A DNA stretch of 64,000 nucleotides, from assembly GCA_051362555.1 (NCBI GenBank), contig CM120644.1:14840534-14904533 (forward strand), read 5' to 3'. A model generated the notes under the pieces. It made no database searches, was not told where the DNA came from, and saw nothing but the letters and a program-made list of their open reading frames with translations. Positions 28,801 to 42,600 of the stretch are shown here, piece by piece; position 1 is the stretch's first letter, and every line of letters starts with the position of its first letter. The DNA is from Lingula anatina (taxonomy: Eukaryota > Animalia > Brachiopoda). A program made the position numbers and the translations under genes.

Positions 28801-31197
28801 AAGGGCACTCAAATGAGAAATAATGTTAAGTGCTACTTCGTTTTTGATAAAGATGAGGCAAAATCAGCTGATTTTTTCCACTTCATTCAGTGGAAGCTAT
28901 CTATACAAGTAATTCTGAGGGTGACTTAATGAAATCCAACCCAAACACTAATTGACTCGAGTTAAAGGTTACCATTCCATCATTCCGATACACAACGCTA
29001 TAAATAGCCCACTTATGCAATTCTTTAACGATCGCGCTATGGCATCCTCGTCAAGTCCAATAAAATCTGCTATAAATAGCTCTACTCGATCTGCACATCC
29101 GGGTACTTACTTGGCGTCCTTAGCCTTCAGTCCTGGAATGCCGTTGCCGGTTGGGCCGCTGTCAGAAATCTGAAAAAATAAGCAAACGCATGACTACTTG
29201 AATGCACGTTCCAGAAAATCTCAGCTATTTTCCATTAAACACCAAGGTAAAAGAAATTAAAAAATGATGAAAAAAACTACGATCTACAACCCTATTTCAA
29301 GTTTTGTACCGCCACGAGTGGAATACGCCAGTCCATATATCCATAACAAGAAAAACAGCTTTATAGTTCGTAAACCTTCTGACGATTTTACACAAGGTAC
29401 ACCTTGATGATTAAGTGAAGGTGTTGAAATATCAATAGAAATTATCATTATTAGTTTTTGTCCTACATAAATGTCTTCCGCCAATTGGGTGTCTTTAACA
29501 ACGCCAGTTTAACTATATGATATCAATTACACAAAGGTAAACTGGTGTATGTAACCATATAAACAGATTTGGCAACGTTTGCCAACTTTTTATCATAACA
29601 GGCATGAAGTGCCACAGTCATTCATTTTATTTTCTTTACATTTATTACTTTATTTTTAGTCCTTTATACATTATTACAACAAAAAGCCAATTGAACCTTA
29701 GGTCATACCTTTAATGCCTACAATGCCTACATATTTCTGGATAAAAAACGAAAGAAATAACGAAATAAATATATTACATAATTTGTCTGTAATTCAGTGT
29801 TCTAATACTCGCCCAAAATGAAAGACTTGTCAAACTGCTTTTTTTTAGAAGATTACAAATTGGGAAAAAAACTGGTACTCTGAGGTAAGAGAGATACTCA
29901 AATTCTGTAATATAGAAACCCATTTTTTGAACAAACAAATTGTGGATATAGAATACATTAAAAAACTCTTTTATGAAACACTCCAAATTAAATGGAAAAA
30001 AGACATTTTGGAATTTCCTAAACTTCGAACATACGACATTTAAAAAAGAATTGAAAACTGAAAAATATTTGCACATATATTCAAACAGAAAAGAAAATCA
30101 ATTTTTACTCAATTTCGAATGGGCATTTTGCCTTTGCATGTAGAAACTGGACGGTATACAAATACACCTTTAAAAGGAAGAATATGCCAAGTATGCAAAA
30201 AAGAATTAAAAGATTAGAGTCATTTCTTACTTCGTTGCACTGCTTACACAGAGGAAAGATATACATTTTATAAAAAGTTGGAGATTCAAAAATTGATAAA
30301 AATGACATTTCTATAGAAGACTTTAGGGAAAATATTTTGAGGCAATTAGCAAAATTTACTGTTAAGATTTTTTATTTAAGACAGGCTGGGTATTCTGTGC
30401 ACATGACACGTTAATAAATGATGATGGATGAATGAATGTTCTAAAGATGCCTTCAGCAACAACGGTTAACTTCTCGTCTAAGCGTGAATATACATATAAT
30501 TTACGTGCTAGTGTTTCTTAAATGAGTCATATGAAAAAAATACACTGGCAGGGTGGCAGCACGTTTACTCCACAGGCAAACTTCATGATTTAGTGTTCAG
30601 CAAAACAGGACTCATTATCTGAAGTGGGCCTACTTACAGTGAACAATCTTGTTTCAAGAGTTTAACTTGAAGATGGCAAATGTGGACGAAGTGCAGTAGT
30701 ATGAAGTTATATCTTGTGCCGCTTTTACTGACATCAAACTGTTTTTACAGTGATGATGCAGGAAAATTCCAAATTCTGATATTGGTATTTCATTGGGGAT
30801 AAGGAGTGGGCTTCCCCCCCCCCCTCCTCTCTCTCTCTTTCTCAATCTCTCACAACTTTTAAACAATATTTATAGTATTCCAATGTGCCCACATAAAATG
30901 AAATATCAAATTAAGTTAGAATATAAAATGAAAATCAAATTGTAATGATAAAATACTGCGTAATAAAATAACAAATTAAAATGTGTTGTATTCTACAGAT
31001 TTGTTAACCTGGATACACCAAGCCTCCTAATACACTGTAACCAAGTTAAGTGACGTAAGGAAAGGATATATTGATCGGCGTAGAAACTGGAGCAAATCAC
31101 AAGGCACATTCCTTACCTTCTTCTTAATCATAGGCAAGAATATAATCAGTACCAGGACGGGGATAGCGACTGCAATACACAGCAGTAGAAGATCCAT
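19838..31197 (-). CDS. CYP20: Cytochrome P450 family 20 (CYP20A1-like), copy A, ~484 aa, intact
   Basis: 12 exons: 31197-31117, 29169-29111, 27914-27745, 27020-26875, 26346-26179, 25672-25594, 25253-25077, 24762-24639, 24255-24141, 23492-23428, 20574-20418, 19951-19838 (1455 nt, open frame). Motifs: N-terminal anchor, HEFLMWLHQQYGPIAKFW, I-helix GGFHTSGN, ETLR, FDPDRF, heme motif FGFAGKRKCPG, and the CYP20-type tail VEGQTIKAKYGLV...EVWITLSER. Confidence 0.92.
20771..23418 (+). mobile_element. Non-autonomous Helentron/HINE-like (pearl/DINE-type) element filling intron 10 of CYP20 copy A
   Basis: The 5' end aacaaggc...atgtacagaca is echoed at the 3' end. It has an internal ~161-bp tandem array, a (GACGGC)-type microsatellite at ~23326-23372, and a terminal hairpin tatgtacagacaca-tc-tgtgtctgtacata followed by an A-run. 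The 5' boundary is inferred. Confidence 0.7.
22385..23317. repeat. Tandem array of ~6 units of 160-162 bp
   Basis: The core tatgaatattcatca(g/a)ttctgtaagtttcaag recurs at ~22602, 22762, 22923, 23084 and 23246. The first unit is diverged. Confidence 0.92.
29790..30400 (+). mobile_element. Degenerate 3' fragment of a non-LTR retrotransposon ORF2, in intron 1 of CYP20 copy A
   Basis: Reads WKKDILEFPKLRTYTTFKKELKTEKYL...FTQFRMGILPLHVETGRY...RICQVCK...HFLLRCTAY, the C-terminal CCHC region typical of CR1/L2-group ORF2, with frameshifts. Confidence 0.8.
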
Positions 31198-31447
31198 TTT
31201 TTTGCCCTTCTGTTCACCAAAATGTTTTCTGTTTCTTGTTACTGTGTAACCAAGTCACCCTGGAAATACCTGTAATAATTATATGTCACACATGGGTGAA
31301 AGTCATGCATACTTTCTCAAGAAGAATATAACTTCATAACATAAAATATTATAAATGAAGACGAAAGCGTGTACTGCAAATATTGCAGTCCAATATATTT
31401 TTTGCAACGACACTGCATGGAAGATGCTTTACTCTCTCTAAAAAAGG

Positions 31448-31489
<42 letters not shown>

Positions 31490-34400
31490 TAAGGAATTGC
31501 TTGTTTTAGTTCTGCAGAATGCAAGTATTCAACGATTCGAAAAAAACTTGGCAAAACACTGCCAAGAATTATCTGAAGAGAAAAAGTAGCATGTTATGCA
31601 CCGCACACTCAGAAGCGACTGGAAAAACTTACCTGAGCATATTTAATTTCTCACAGAAAAAAACAACATTTTAAGCACCGCACACTCTTAATAGCGGATG
31701 GAAAAACTTACCTGAACATATTAAAACTTTCATAAAAGCAATCGACATGACTTGTAAATATTACTTCAAAATAATCAAGGCAACGAACAAACGTTTTACT
31801 CTAGCTGTTTCTAGTACCTTTAACACCATCATAAATCATATATATCAAAACACACCGTAGAATGAAGTTTCCTGTGAAATTCGTCTTTAAATTTTTTTTT
31901 CCTTTCTTTTCTCCCCCCCCCCCCAGACGGTGACTTATGGGATCTTAAAATAAATCTAAATTAGTTCCACAAATGATAGCTTTTCGTTCTTGAAGATACA
32001 AGATGGTCGTCGATATCCACGAAGAAGAACCTTCCCATGCAACGGGGATTGATTCATGGGCCATACCTATTTAAGCCTACGTGTGCACTGTCGGTAGATA
32101 TAAGTTAATAGGGTTACTTTTAATGTCTAATGTCGTTTAAGTGCCGTTTGGGAAATCCAAAAATAATCGCCAACAACCACATTACGTTTTCCCTAAAATG
32201 GATGTCTTTAATGCAAATACTTGAAGTAATAATTTTGAATTCAATATAAACTGTAGGTATCAAATTGGTAAAGATCGTTTTAGTGGTTATAATATGTATT
32301 ACAGGTTTTACAAGATGGCCGCCAACTCCCGTTAAAAAATACACAGCAGCCACAGAAATGAACTCATATCAGGCACAGATGATTAGTCTTTGCGGCATAG
32401 TGTTCAGCCAATTACAGAAAAAAAAAACAATAACACGAAATTCACTGATTGCACAATACATTCATGTTGTTTATATAATGGCCCATTTTCCGATATTTCT
32501 GCAATATTCATTACCATTAAAGTCATAAAACACTGGCAGTTACCGGAAATATCAAAGATCATATAAAACTAAGTGTTCATATTCCTCTACGGCTGTAGTA
32601 TGCATAAGTGAACCAATTACCCGGCGACGATTTTTGTTTAATCGACTCTACTGCCAAAATGTGGTTAGTTACATGTAAAAGAATACGCCTACGAAGTACG
32701 TGCAAATGTTTTTAACGGCCGGATCTAATGCGCACCCCGAATAGCTTACAATTTGTTTTGACAGGACTAGTTAAGAATGAAATCGGTCTAGCTCGCGAGT
32801 TCAGATTATATAGCGGAAACGTTATGGCATCTAATATTAGCCCATGTACCAAGACTGAGAGTAGTTCCTTATGTACCAGTATCCACTGTACCCCAGTACT
32901 CTCTGACTACAGGTGCGCTAGTAGTCTGATAGACAATTGTTGTATGGCACACGGTAATTTTGTAAACTATTTCAGGAGCGCTGATATCCGGGTATGGATG
33001 GAGAGCATCTAATGCTTTTAGCGCTTTGCCTCCATTTCTTTTGAATAAAAATTGTTTAAAAAAATCCGGGTATCATTTCCCAGTATATTCTCATCAGAAC
33101 GCTCGGCTCACGACTCCCGCTCGATTAAGAGACTCAAATACCTAATATATTCACGTTAGATACGACTGTTTGACTAATCTACGTAGCATTAACACCCAAA
33201 AGCTACATATATTAATATTATAACAGGACTTTTTAAATAACATTAAAAAATAAAGAATAAATTTCCTCGACCTCAAGGAAAAATTTGATGGACAGGGTGC
33301 GTAATATGCAACTAATCACGTGCAACATCAGCGAAGGGGAAATCCTGCAATTAGACTCTTCTTTCTTGTAACCATCTGGATAACCTATCATTTACAGGTT
33401 AAAAACTGGAAACAATTTCCAAAAGGCGCATGTTTGCCCAGAAAGAACGACTTTCTCTCCGATTTCATCAACAGAGGCAAGAATCCGCCTAGAAACATAC
33501 GTTGATACAAAAAAATATCTGCAATCGTAAAATTGCTACGAAAAGCAGTTTCAAACGTCTGTCCGACGTGTTCGTTGAATTCTTATCAACATGTACATAA
33601 TAAAAAATAAAGCATAAACGTCGCTTAAATAAAAGAATTAAAGAAAGAATAAACTACAGTTCGTAACACACACCGGCAGCAATCAGATCAACGTGCCTCC
33701 TCATGGCTTGCAGTTGAATACAGAAAAGCTGGTGATAAAACGAGTATGTTGGAAACAAATGTTTATCCGTTAATCTGATTCATCCAGTTCCCACAGCGTT
33801 GGAACGAACTACGATAGAAAGATAGTTTCATTGGGAAGGAGCCCTGAAATGGCTACAAATAATGTTAAACTAGGGCCCATTTTAGGTGGTCATACACTTA
33901 ACAGTCAGCTAACAAAAATGGGGGTCATTTCAAAGACACTGTGATATAGCTGGGGTTAATAGTTATGTAACTGTAACACCCACATCAGAAGTAAAAGTAT
34001 ACAATCTCAATAAGCGCAGGAAAAACCGTATGCCTCTAAAACGAAACAACACCAAGAGCCTGATTTTAAACCAATGGTGTTTTAAAACCTGCAGTCTCAC
34101 CTTGTCTCAGCTGAGTCGATATTAGCTGCTACTCCCCTCTCTCACCGCGAGCCGAATGAAGATAAATTACGCAGTCTGTCTACATCTGACCTGAAACGGA
34201 CTGCTCAGACAAAGACCGATTTAAACCGCAAGTCGGTCTTACTCACGCTATACAGCGGCCAGATTGCTGAGAGGGCCCGTGGCGTCCAAGGCATTTAATC
34301 TTTGGTTGACCAATCGAGTCGCCCGATGACGCGAGTTTGTCTGTTGTTTGGTCTAAAGTAGTTTTTGTCCGAACAGTCTTCCCCTGAAAAGACCTAGACT

Positions 34401-34721
34401 CCCCTTAAAAGTAAATTACCAAGAGCAAAGACGTTAACGACCTTCTCCCAATGTTTTAAAAACACTTTACCTGGAATGAACTCAGCCAAATTGGTTTCTT
34501 CTTCACTCTTAATCTCTAGTCGAACTTAAAATAGGTACACAAGGTCCTCTTTTTGTTTACAAGACCTACAAAGATAAAATAAATAAAATATGAGAGAGTG
34601 GCAGCGAGTGTATAGCTAGAGAAGTGTCCGCACAGGTGCAAACCTTAAAATCTTTCCCAGCATAATTCAATCGTTATCATATTGATAAGAAATCTTCGGA
34701 CAGCGATTTTAAAATGGCCTT

Positions 34722-34766
<45 letters not shown>

Positions 34767-37423
34767 GTTTCTGTGACATCCTATATACAGGCCATTTACT
34801 AGTTTTTCTCACTGTTATCATCATGGTAGTGAAGATATTATTATAATTATAACGATAATTCAGAGCGCCAGATATTGCCTCTGGGAGTGTATGCTTTTCA
34901 TGGAGTTAAGACTGCCATGATTGAAACAATGAGCTATATATATTCATTTAAGACCAGGCATAAAATGACGGGTCGGATAACAGTCTATCAACCAACACCT
35001 TTATCATCTTAATCCTATTCGTCTATCCATCACATGCGCATTGCATTAGGTGTGACACAGTCGTGGCTGAGATTAACTTATGTTTTTCAAGTATTAAAAT
35101 GCTTTTTTTTAAAGTTCTCTTCTCGGTAACTCGATGGATGCTTTGTAATAACGCTCCTTTATCTTAGGAATATTACGTATTTCAGTGAAGTCTACGAAAT
35201 ACTGGGGAGCTTGGGGCAAATATAGACAGAAGGTTGTGTCTCAAAATTTTTCAATTTTCCCCCTTTTTTTCATTTTAAGGTAAATGCTCTAGCTTGGGAA
35301 TGACAGTTTTAAGAAAAATTTATATCTTTAAAGTTATTTTCAAAATAATTTGTTGAATTCTTTTTAGAAAGTGAAGTTAAAAATTAGCAGAGAAAAACAA
35401 TGACTTCTTTTAATTACAGAGGCAAAAATAAAAAAAAAATAAAAAAAAGATAAATAAATAAATTAATAAAATTCCTAAAGCGAGAAGAGCTTGGAAATTT
35501 GGGGTCTTTAGATCTGGTGTACCTTTGGTTTAAAGAGACGAACACACATAGTAAGAATTTGTATTTTTCCCCCAAGTATAAATACCTAAAGTTTGGTCAA
35601 AAGTCCCAATTAATAGTATAGTAAGTTAATAATTATAGTAAATTATTTTTCTTAAGTCTGAAAAGTTTAACCAGAGTCTGGCTTTCAGGACAAAGTTATT
35701 AGTACATGTACTTGAATACTGTTATGGACATCGAGACATTCTCAGTGATTTTCATTTCCAGCACACCTACCCCATAAATAATGTCTCTAAAGTAATCCCA
35801 CACATTACCGTACTATATACAGTTGCAAGTTGTATAGGCCAGGAAATAATCAACAGGTGTGTAAATTATTTCTAATAGAGTCGCCTGCATGTGCGTGCGG
35901 CTCGTAATGTAGTTTATTTTGCAATTTCCTTATCTTTAATTGCCTTTATCTCTCTATAAAGTTGAATCTCTTATGTTGTTAATTCTGTCACTACTTCAAC
36001 TATAAAACCAGGCATGGGCCTTTAAATAAACAAAGTTTGGATATTCGAAACGAAGCTGCTTTGTTTTTTTTTCCTCCGGGGATAACTGAAATTGGGAATC
36101 ATAAGCCGAATCTAGATATTCTTATGTCAAGCGCACACGGAAGTTTGTTGCCCCTAGCAGCTCGAGGAGGCGTGTCAGACAGTTAAAGCTGATCCCACTG
36201 ACTGCACTTTAGCGAGAATCCCCAGCAGAGTTGGACCGACCCAGCTGGAACGATGTCTGAATCTGAATTCGGTCTAGATATAATAATAATAATAAATAGA
36301 GTGCACATTAAGTCGGACTGGGGAACATTTAATGAAGACCACCTCCCAACAATATTCATCATACTCATATTCAGGACGTGAATGAAAATGAAAAAGTTGT
36401 TGCTCAATATATGCATATAATTATAAAAAATTATGTCTGAATTGCAGCTGACAGAAGAGCGGTCATCGTGTTTCATAGTCGCAATGAGGTCACTCTGGTC
36501 TATTTTTAGATCATGTCCAAGCACGCGTTTTCCTGGCACATTTCACGTATTCGTGAATTAGGCTGTACAGAGCTTAGATTAATTATATTTAGGTCGTAAA
36601 CCACATTATACATCACCATGTTATGCCTGCAGCTTATTTTTATGACACGTTGATCGCTTTGTATCAGAACGTGCCAATTATTTAGAGACAATGAGGCCTT
36701 ACATAAGACATGCAAGTAATATATCTCGGTTTATATCAGTCTACCCAAACTATGACAGCTCCATTCTGTCCAAATTTACAGAACTACTCTGTCCCAGAAT
36801 AGCCCCTTAAACCAAACCTGTTACAGGCCTGGCCTATTTTGTCTCTTACATAACACTTATAGGTGATGTTAGCTAAGGATATGCCATGTTCTCCAGAGAT
36901 ATGCATGCATGTGGCTTTGGTATTCTGTAGTAAGCTATGCGCAGATCTCCCAATATGCCCTGGTTCATTAAATGACGTGCACGTACGTTTTGATATGATT
37001 ATATACATGTATGTACAGCATGGAAAAGACCCAAATCACACGTAGGGGCATACTACATGACCATTTACTTTTGTAATTATGCTCTGTGATACAATGTATT
37101 TACCTCCAACTGTTAATTCTCCAATTCTCCAGGTATCTTGTGGGGCTTCCGTACGTGAAAATGGTTGACGCTGTGGTAAAGCGAAGCTTGTTGTCGCCGA
37201 TTGACACGGGCAAGTGAGCAGAGGTTAAGGTCAACCAAGGCCCACAGTTGGAGGAAAGCACCCCACAATACACGTGCATAAACAGAACAATATATAGGTC
37301 ACTGAATGGCGAATAAATTATGTCTTCCCCACTGCGGCGTGTCACCGTTGTGTCAAGATCTCAAACAGCCGTCGTGCCGTCGTGATTACACTGAAGTGTG
37401 AATATTGGACTGTGGTTTAAAGT

Positions 37424-37484
<61 letters not shown>

Positions 37485-38438
37485 AGAATGAATTAATTTC
37501 CCCATTGCAGTAGTAGAGAATGCCGTAAGAAGATTTTGAATATTCCATTTTTCACGTCTTGTGTAAGGCTGCAATGGTTATCAAAGACTTGCAAAAAATA
37601 GAAGTAGAGGAGGTCCCAACGCAGGACCGGTAGCATGCTTTTCAGTGCACGCCATATTTGACCCACGGATCAGTTAGTACGTGGATGAACTTGTGTGTGA
37701 ATGCAGCCCTTGATATATTATCATGTGCTTCATCTCTTGTTTACCAGTAGTTTATATTAAGAACAGAGTGCCTTTCTTGCATATAAAAATCTTTCATGCT
37801 ATATTCTGTCAATGCATTGATAATATTTCACGCCCCATCAAACTAAACTGACTATCTAAAACGCCCTGAGTAGTACTTGATCAATTAACGGAATAAATGA
37901 CAAACGCAAGATGTAGGTTAACTGTCTTAGGCCAGTTAAGGTCGTTTTTATTTCTGCCTAACCCCAAAAGAGACTTATATAAGGATTTTCTTTCAAATTG
38001 TAAGCGTCCCAGCGTACAGCTGTTATAAACGTCGTCACATTTTACTTTTTTGATTGTGAAATCAAACAATTGACATAATCCTGGAGACATGAATAAATTT
38101 GATTCTTGTCTAATACAGAGTACAGTTCTGCACTACAGGCATCGAATTTATTTCCTAACAAAATTATAATTGCACTTTAAAGCTTTCAAAATTTTAATTA
38201 ATTGAATTTGAATAAAATTATGCTAATTTGCCATTAATAAAACGGTAACCGTATTTTTTTTGCTTTACAACATGACAAATCTACAACATTTAGAACTTAG
38301 GATTATTTAAAATGTGAAATTAAATGTCACATTGCCTGAATAATTAATTTTAAGCCTAAATATTATTTGTCATGCGATAAAGGTAGGGTGCAGGCACACT
38401 GTCCACTAATCTTTTTTGTAAGGCGTCTGAACGGAGGC

Positions 38439-39042
38439 AAGCAGGTTCACGACCACCGTGGTCTCTACGATTTTGTCAACCTAAAACTTTGGTCAAATTT
38501 CGAAAATCGCAAGCACGTCGGCCGGGGCAATACCACAGTTCCCGTTCGGGCATTGCTCCGTGGACTTGCCTTGATAGTGATAATGGTCGAACTTGTTGTT
38601 GGACTTTTTCCCTCTCGCATTTGGTGGTTTAAAAGGGCATAACAATAGTGAAAATATCAAAGAAGATTTGTGTTAATCACTTGCATGAATTTGTAACCAC
38701 ATGGGTGCTAATTATCGTTGGGTGCTGCACACCGACAGAGTATTGACCTATTGACCTTTTAAGAGGCCGCACGGAAAGCGTATGGCAACTGCACTGAGAC
38801 TAAAAGGGCTCCATGCCCCCACTTTTTACTTGAAAAACTGTTGTTTCCTACTTGACCCCAAGGTCATGTCGGAGAAATGCCTCGGCATCGGCACGAAATG
38901 TAAAAATAATCGCTGTAGCCAGTAAACACTTACAATCGATGTCAAAAAATCATAATAAATAAATAAATAAATAAATAAAAATCGCAACGAAAATCGTATA
39001 CGATTTCATTGTACAGAGACCGTGGCCAATGTAACCTGGCTT
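38439..39042. mobile_element. Old MITE-like element with imperfect terminal inverted repeats
   Basis: aagcaggttcac...ccgtggtctctac versus gtacagagaccgtggcc...gtaacctggcttt. Confidence 0.4.
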
Positions 39043-39612
39043 TAACAACGACAAACAATAAATCCTTTAAAATATTGCGCAGAATCATAACATGTTCTTC
39101 TTCTACTACTTATTATTATTCATGCTGAATTAAGTTAAGTCAAATAAATGTAGATTACTTGAAATTAATCTTACACGAACTGTCAAATGACCAATTAACC
39201 TCTTTTCAATGCACAATGCACAATGCACTACGGACGATATAGCCCATACAACTTGAATTGGTCAGATTCTGAAAAACTCAACGCCCCATCGATGCTCAGA
39301 CCATATGTACCTTTAATCGAATAACCAAATCGCCATCATAACTTTAGTTAGCCCATTTCTGACTTATCCTGAAAGGTTTATTAATATGCGCCCAAAAGTA
39401 GGTTAGACTGTTTACTAGAAAAAAATCTCAAGCAACTATTTGAGATGAATTTTGATAAAGCTGTAGTTGTTTCACTTCACAACTTCACAACAGTTTGAAG
39501 TTGTTAAACTTCAAAACTTCACAACAGATAAAAACGTACTATATCTATGTATAGCTTGATTGCACTATAAGTATCCAATCCAATATCTTTCTTTTAATAC
39601 TCTTACGCAGAG

Positions 39613-42600
39613 CTAGAAATCCCACACCACTGCCACCATCGCCATTAACATCAAAAGTCTAAAGTTACCGATGTGACTGTTTCCTCGGTTCTGCCTCGGG
39701 GTTGTGCTCGGTGTCGCACCAGAAAATGGCGGCACTGAGCCGAGGGGCGTGGCGCTCTTCACGCAGGCAGAGAAAGATCCTGAGCGTAAACCCACTGGCC
39801 CTCCGGTTATATCCAACTGCTCGTTTTGCAGAGCTTTTTCCATCCATGCTTGGACCTGGGCGAAACTTTTGCGACTTTCCTCGTAATAGGCTAGTCCCAA
39901 GCGTAGAGTGATAATTGCGTTAACGACAAAGGTGATAGACGTGTTATCCGCGCTGAATGTCTGCCTACAGTAAGCAGAACCTGCCTGCGCAGCTCTCAGT
40001 ACAGCTGACAATTGACTACTGTGCCTGACTTCTGAACAGGCATCCTTACGTGTTGGAAGCCAGCCACAGGGTTCAAAGTGCAAGGAAACGACTGCCTTCA
40101 CTACTGTAAAGTTGTACATAACGGGGCGGCAGTCCTGACCATCAGGAGCAAAACCAGGGGGGCATATTATTTGCTCATCTTCAGGCTGGAAAAAAATTAA
40201 CCTCTGCAGATGTATGTGCAATGCCCATGGTTTTTACGATTTACAATTTAGGGCGGCAATTTAAATCAATAAAACCAGGATAGAAACTGCTGACGAAAAT
40301 TGCATTAAAATATTGACATGACATGTGCGGAAAAGAATTAGTAAAGTAATGACATCCAAGCTTTATAACTATGTTCAATTTCTATTATCTTCCTCGTCAT
40401 TATGAATATATCAGTTCGTTTTCTCACCCTAGTCATGACGCCACCACTCTGCACGCTGTCTTGGTCTCCCAAGTACAATAGGGCGCGAAAAGAAAGACCA
40501 TGGAATCTCTCGGGCGGCGGTGTGGCATTATGATCTGAATATATACAAGGCTCTTTCTTTTCAGTTAATTTTCATTGTGTTATTATAATTTATTAGCCTT
40601 ATCGCATATTCATTTTTACTTTCCCCACGACAAATATCCCGGTGACTCCCTTCGCCACAAACGGTTTTCATGTAATTATTAAACAGAGCAAAAATGTCTC
40701 TATTTCTGTAGAATTATAAATACAAGGTTATCGCAAAGCTGTAACCGATTTTATAATACACAGATTTACTTTCGGGAGTCCTCGGGATATTCCGTATATA
40801 TGCGAATGCAACATTATCAGTACATGACCTCTGACCTGCAATAAAGATGCAGAACCATTCAGGAGCAAGTTTCCCCAATACGTGACCAAAGGCCAGTCTC
40901 ACTCTTGCTGCTGGTAAGAAAGGACATCATAATTCGTCAGTGAATTTTCATTCCAATCTAACAAAAGAATCACGAGGTAAGCACTCCTAATCTATTTTTA
41001 TTCTTACAAACGTTGTCTCTAATTCTTGCTTGCTCTCTTTTCGTTACCTTTCTTTCTTTTCTGTTCCACCACCCACCCTACAGCTTTTCATCGGTGGGGC
41101 GCATTTTTCTTTTCAGTTAATTTTCATTGTGTTATTATAATTTATTAGCCTTATCGCAAAATTATTTCTACTTTCCCCACGACAAATATCCCGGTGACCC
41201 CCTTCGCTACAAACAGTTTTCATGTAATTGTTAAACAGAGCAAAAAACGTCTCTATTTCTGTAGAATTATAAAACATTTTAATATAGTGAATTTATTAGA
41301 GAATATTTAATCTTGGTTTACACGATGAGCTACATGTAGATGTTCTCCAACCGATCTTGTTGCTGTAATTTAAACTTATATTCGTTTAAGGTGGCTGGAG
41401 TCGAAATCTAACGCGTTTTTCATCTCGAGTCTCGTGGGCAAAGTAACTGCAGTATACATGTAGTAAAAATATTGCCCAGCCTAATAAAACACGTTCGAAG
41501 AGCTAATGTTATCGTAAACTTATCTTTTTTTTAATTGGCGGCCGTGCGACTTCTCCAACAAAGTGTCTAGGTGTAAAGTCAGGTTTTGTAGATTACAGAC
41601 AAGTGATCACAAAATTAGAAATAAACCAATTTACACTCATCCATCTTAACTCTGAATGATTTTAAACCATACACAATGAGCCTTTGCAAAAACTATTATA
41701 TATAAACACTCGACAAAAAAGGGTTCGGAAACATCGTTATTTTGGATAATTATAAAATAACCAAGTTGTTTATAGTCAACACTTTGTGCAGACCGCAGAA
41801 AATTTCTGATACGTGTAATTATTTTTAATTGAGTCGCGGGCATTGGCACGCGGCTCGTATTAGTAACGTAAGAAACATCGGGAAGCGTGTAATATCAAAA
41901 TTTCCAAAAGTTTAGATAAAGGATTCGCAACCAAAATTAATCCTGGACAGTATGTAATTGTAACGTGGGGGGAAACTTTGTATACCCTATGTGATAACAC
42001 CGCAGAACAATCCGTAAAAGTTCGACCGGGAACGTATTTATTAAATATAGAAAATGGTTGCAAAATTCAAGGAGACAATTTCATCTTGACGGGCGTAATT
42101 CATCAAATTGGTAAAATCGAAATTCACCCCATTCAACTAAATTTCTCTAAAGGTTTAAATCTACAAGACGCCACCCGCGAAAACGACGCACTAAAACTAT
42201 ACTAACCCCGTTAAATCAGAAAGATTTGGTCCTACAATCGACTGTTCCTTTGAAACAAATCGCATGGAAAGACAAAAGTTTTTGGGACGACTCCATACGT
42301 GATGAAAGTAATGTGTGGGGTGATTTAGGCACATTAGCTTTAATTCTTTTGGTAATGGGACAATTACGTTACTAATACGAGCCGGTTATTTTACAATTAT
42401 TCAAAATAACGATGTTTCCGATCTTTATCGCTCGAGTGTATATTACTCCAGCTTCTTCGTCATGATAGTATAAAGAAGAAATTGAAATATACCACTAGGC
42501 GAAACATATTAAAGCTCTGACAAAAAAAAAAAAAAAAAAAAAAAAAAAAACACTACTATTAAATTTATGAAGGTCATTTATGTACGGTTCTGTAAAGTTT

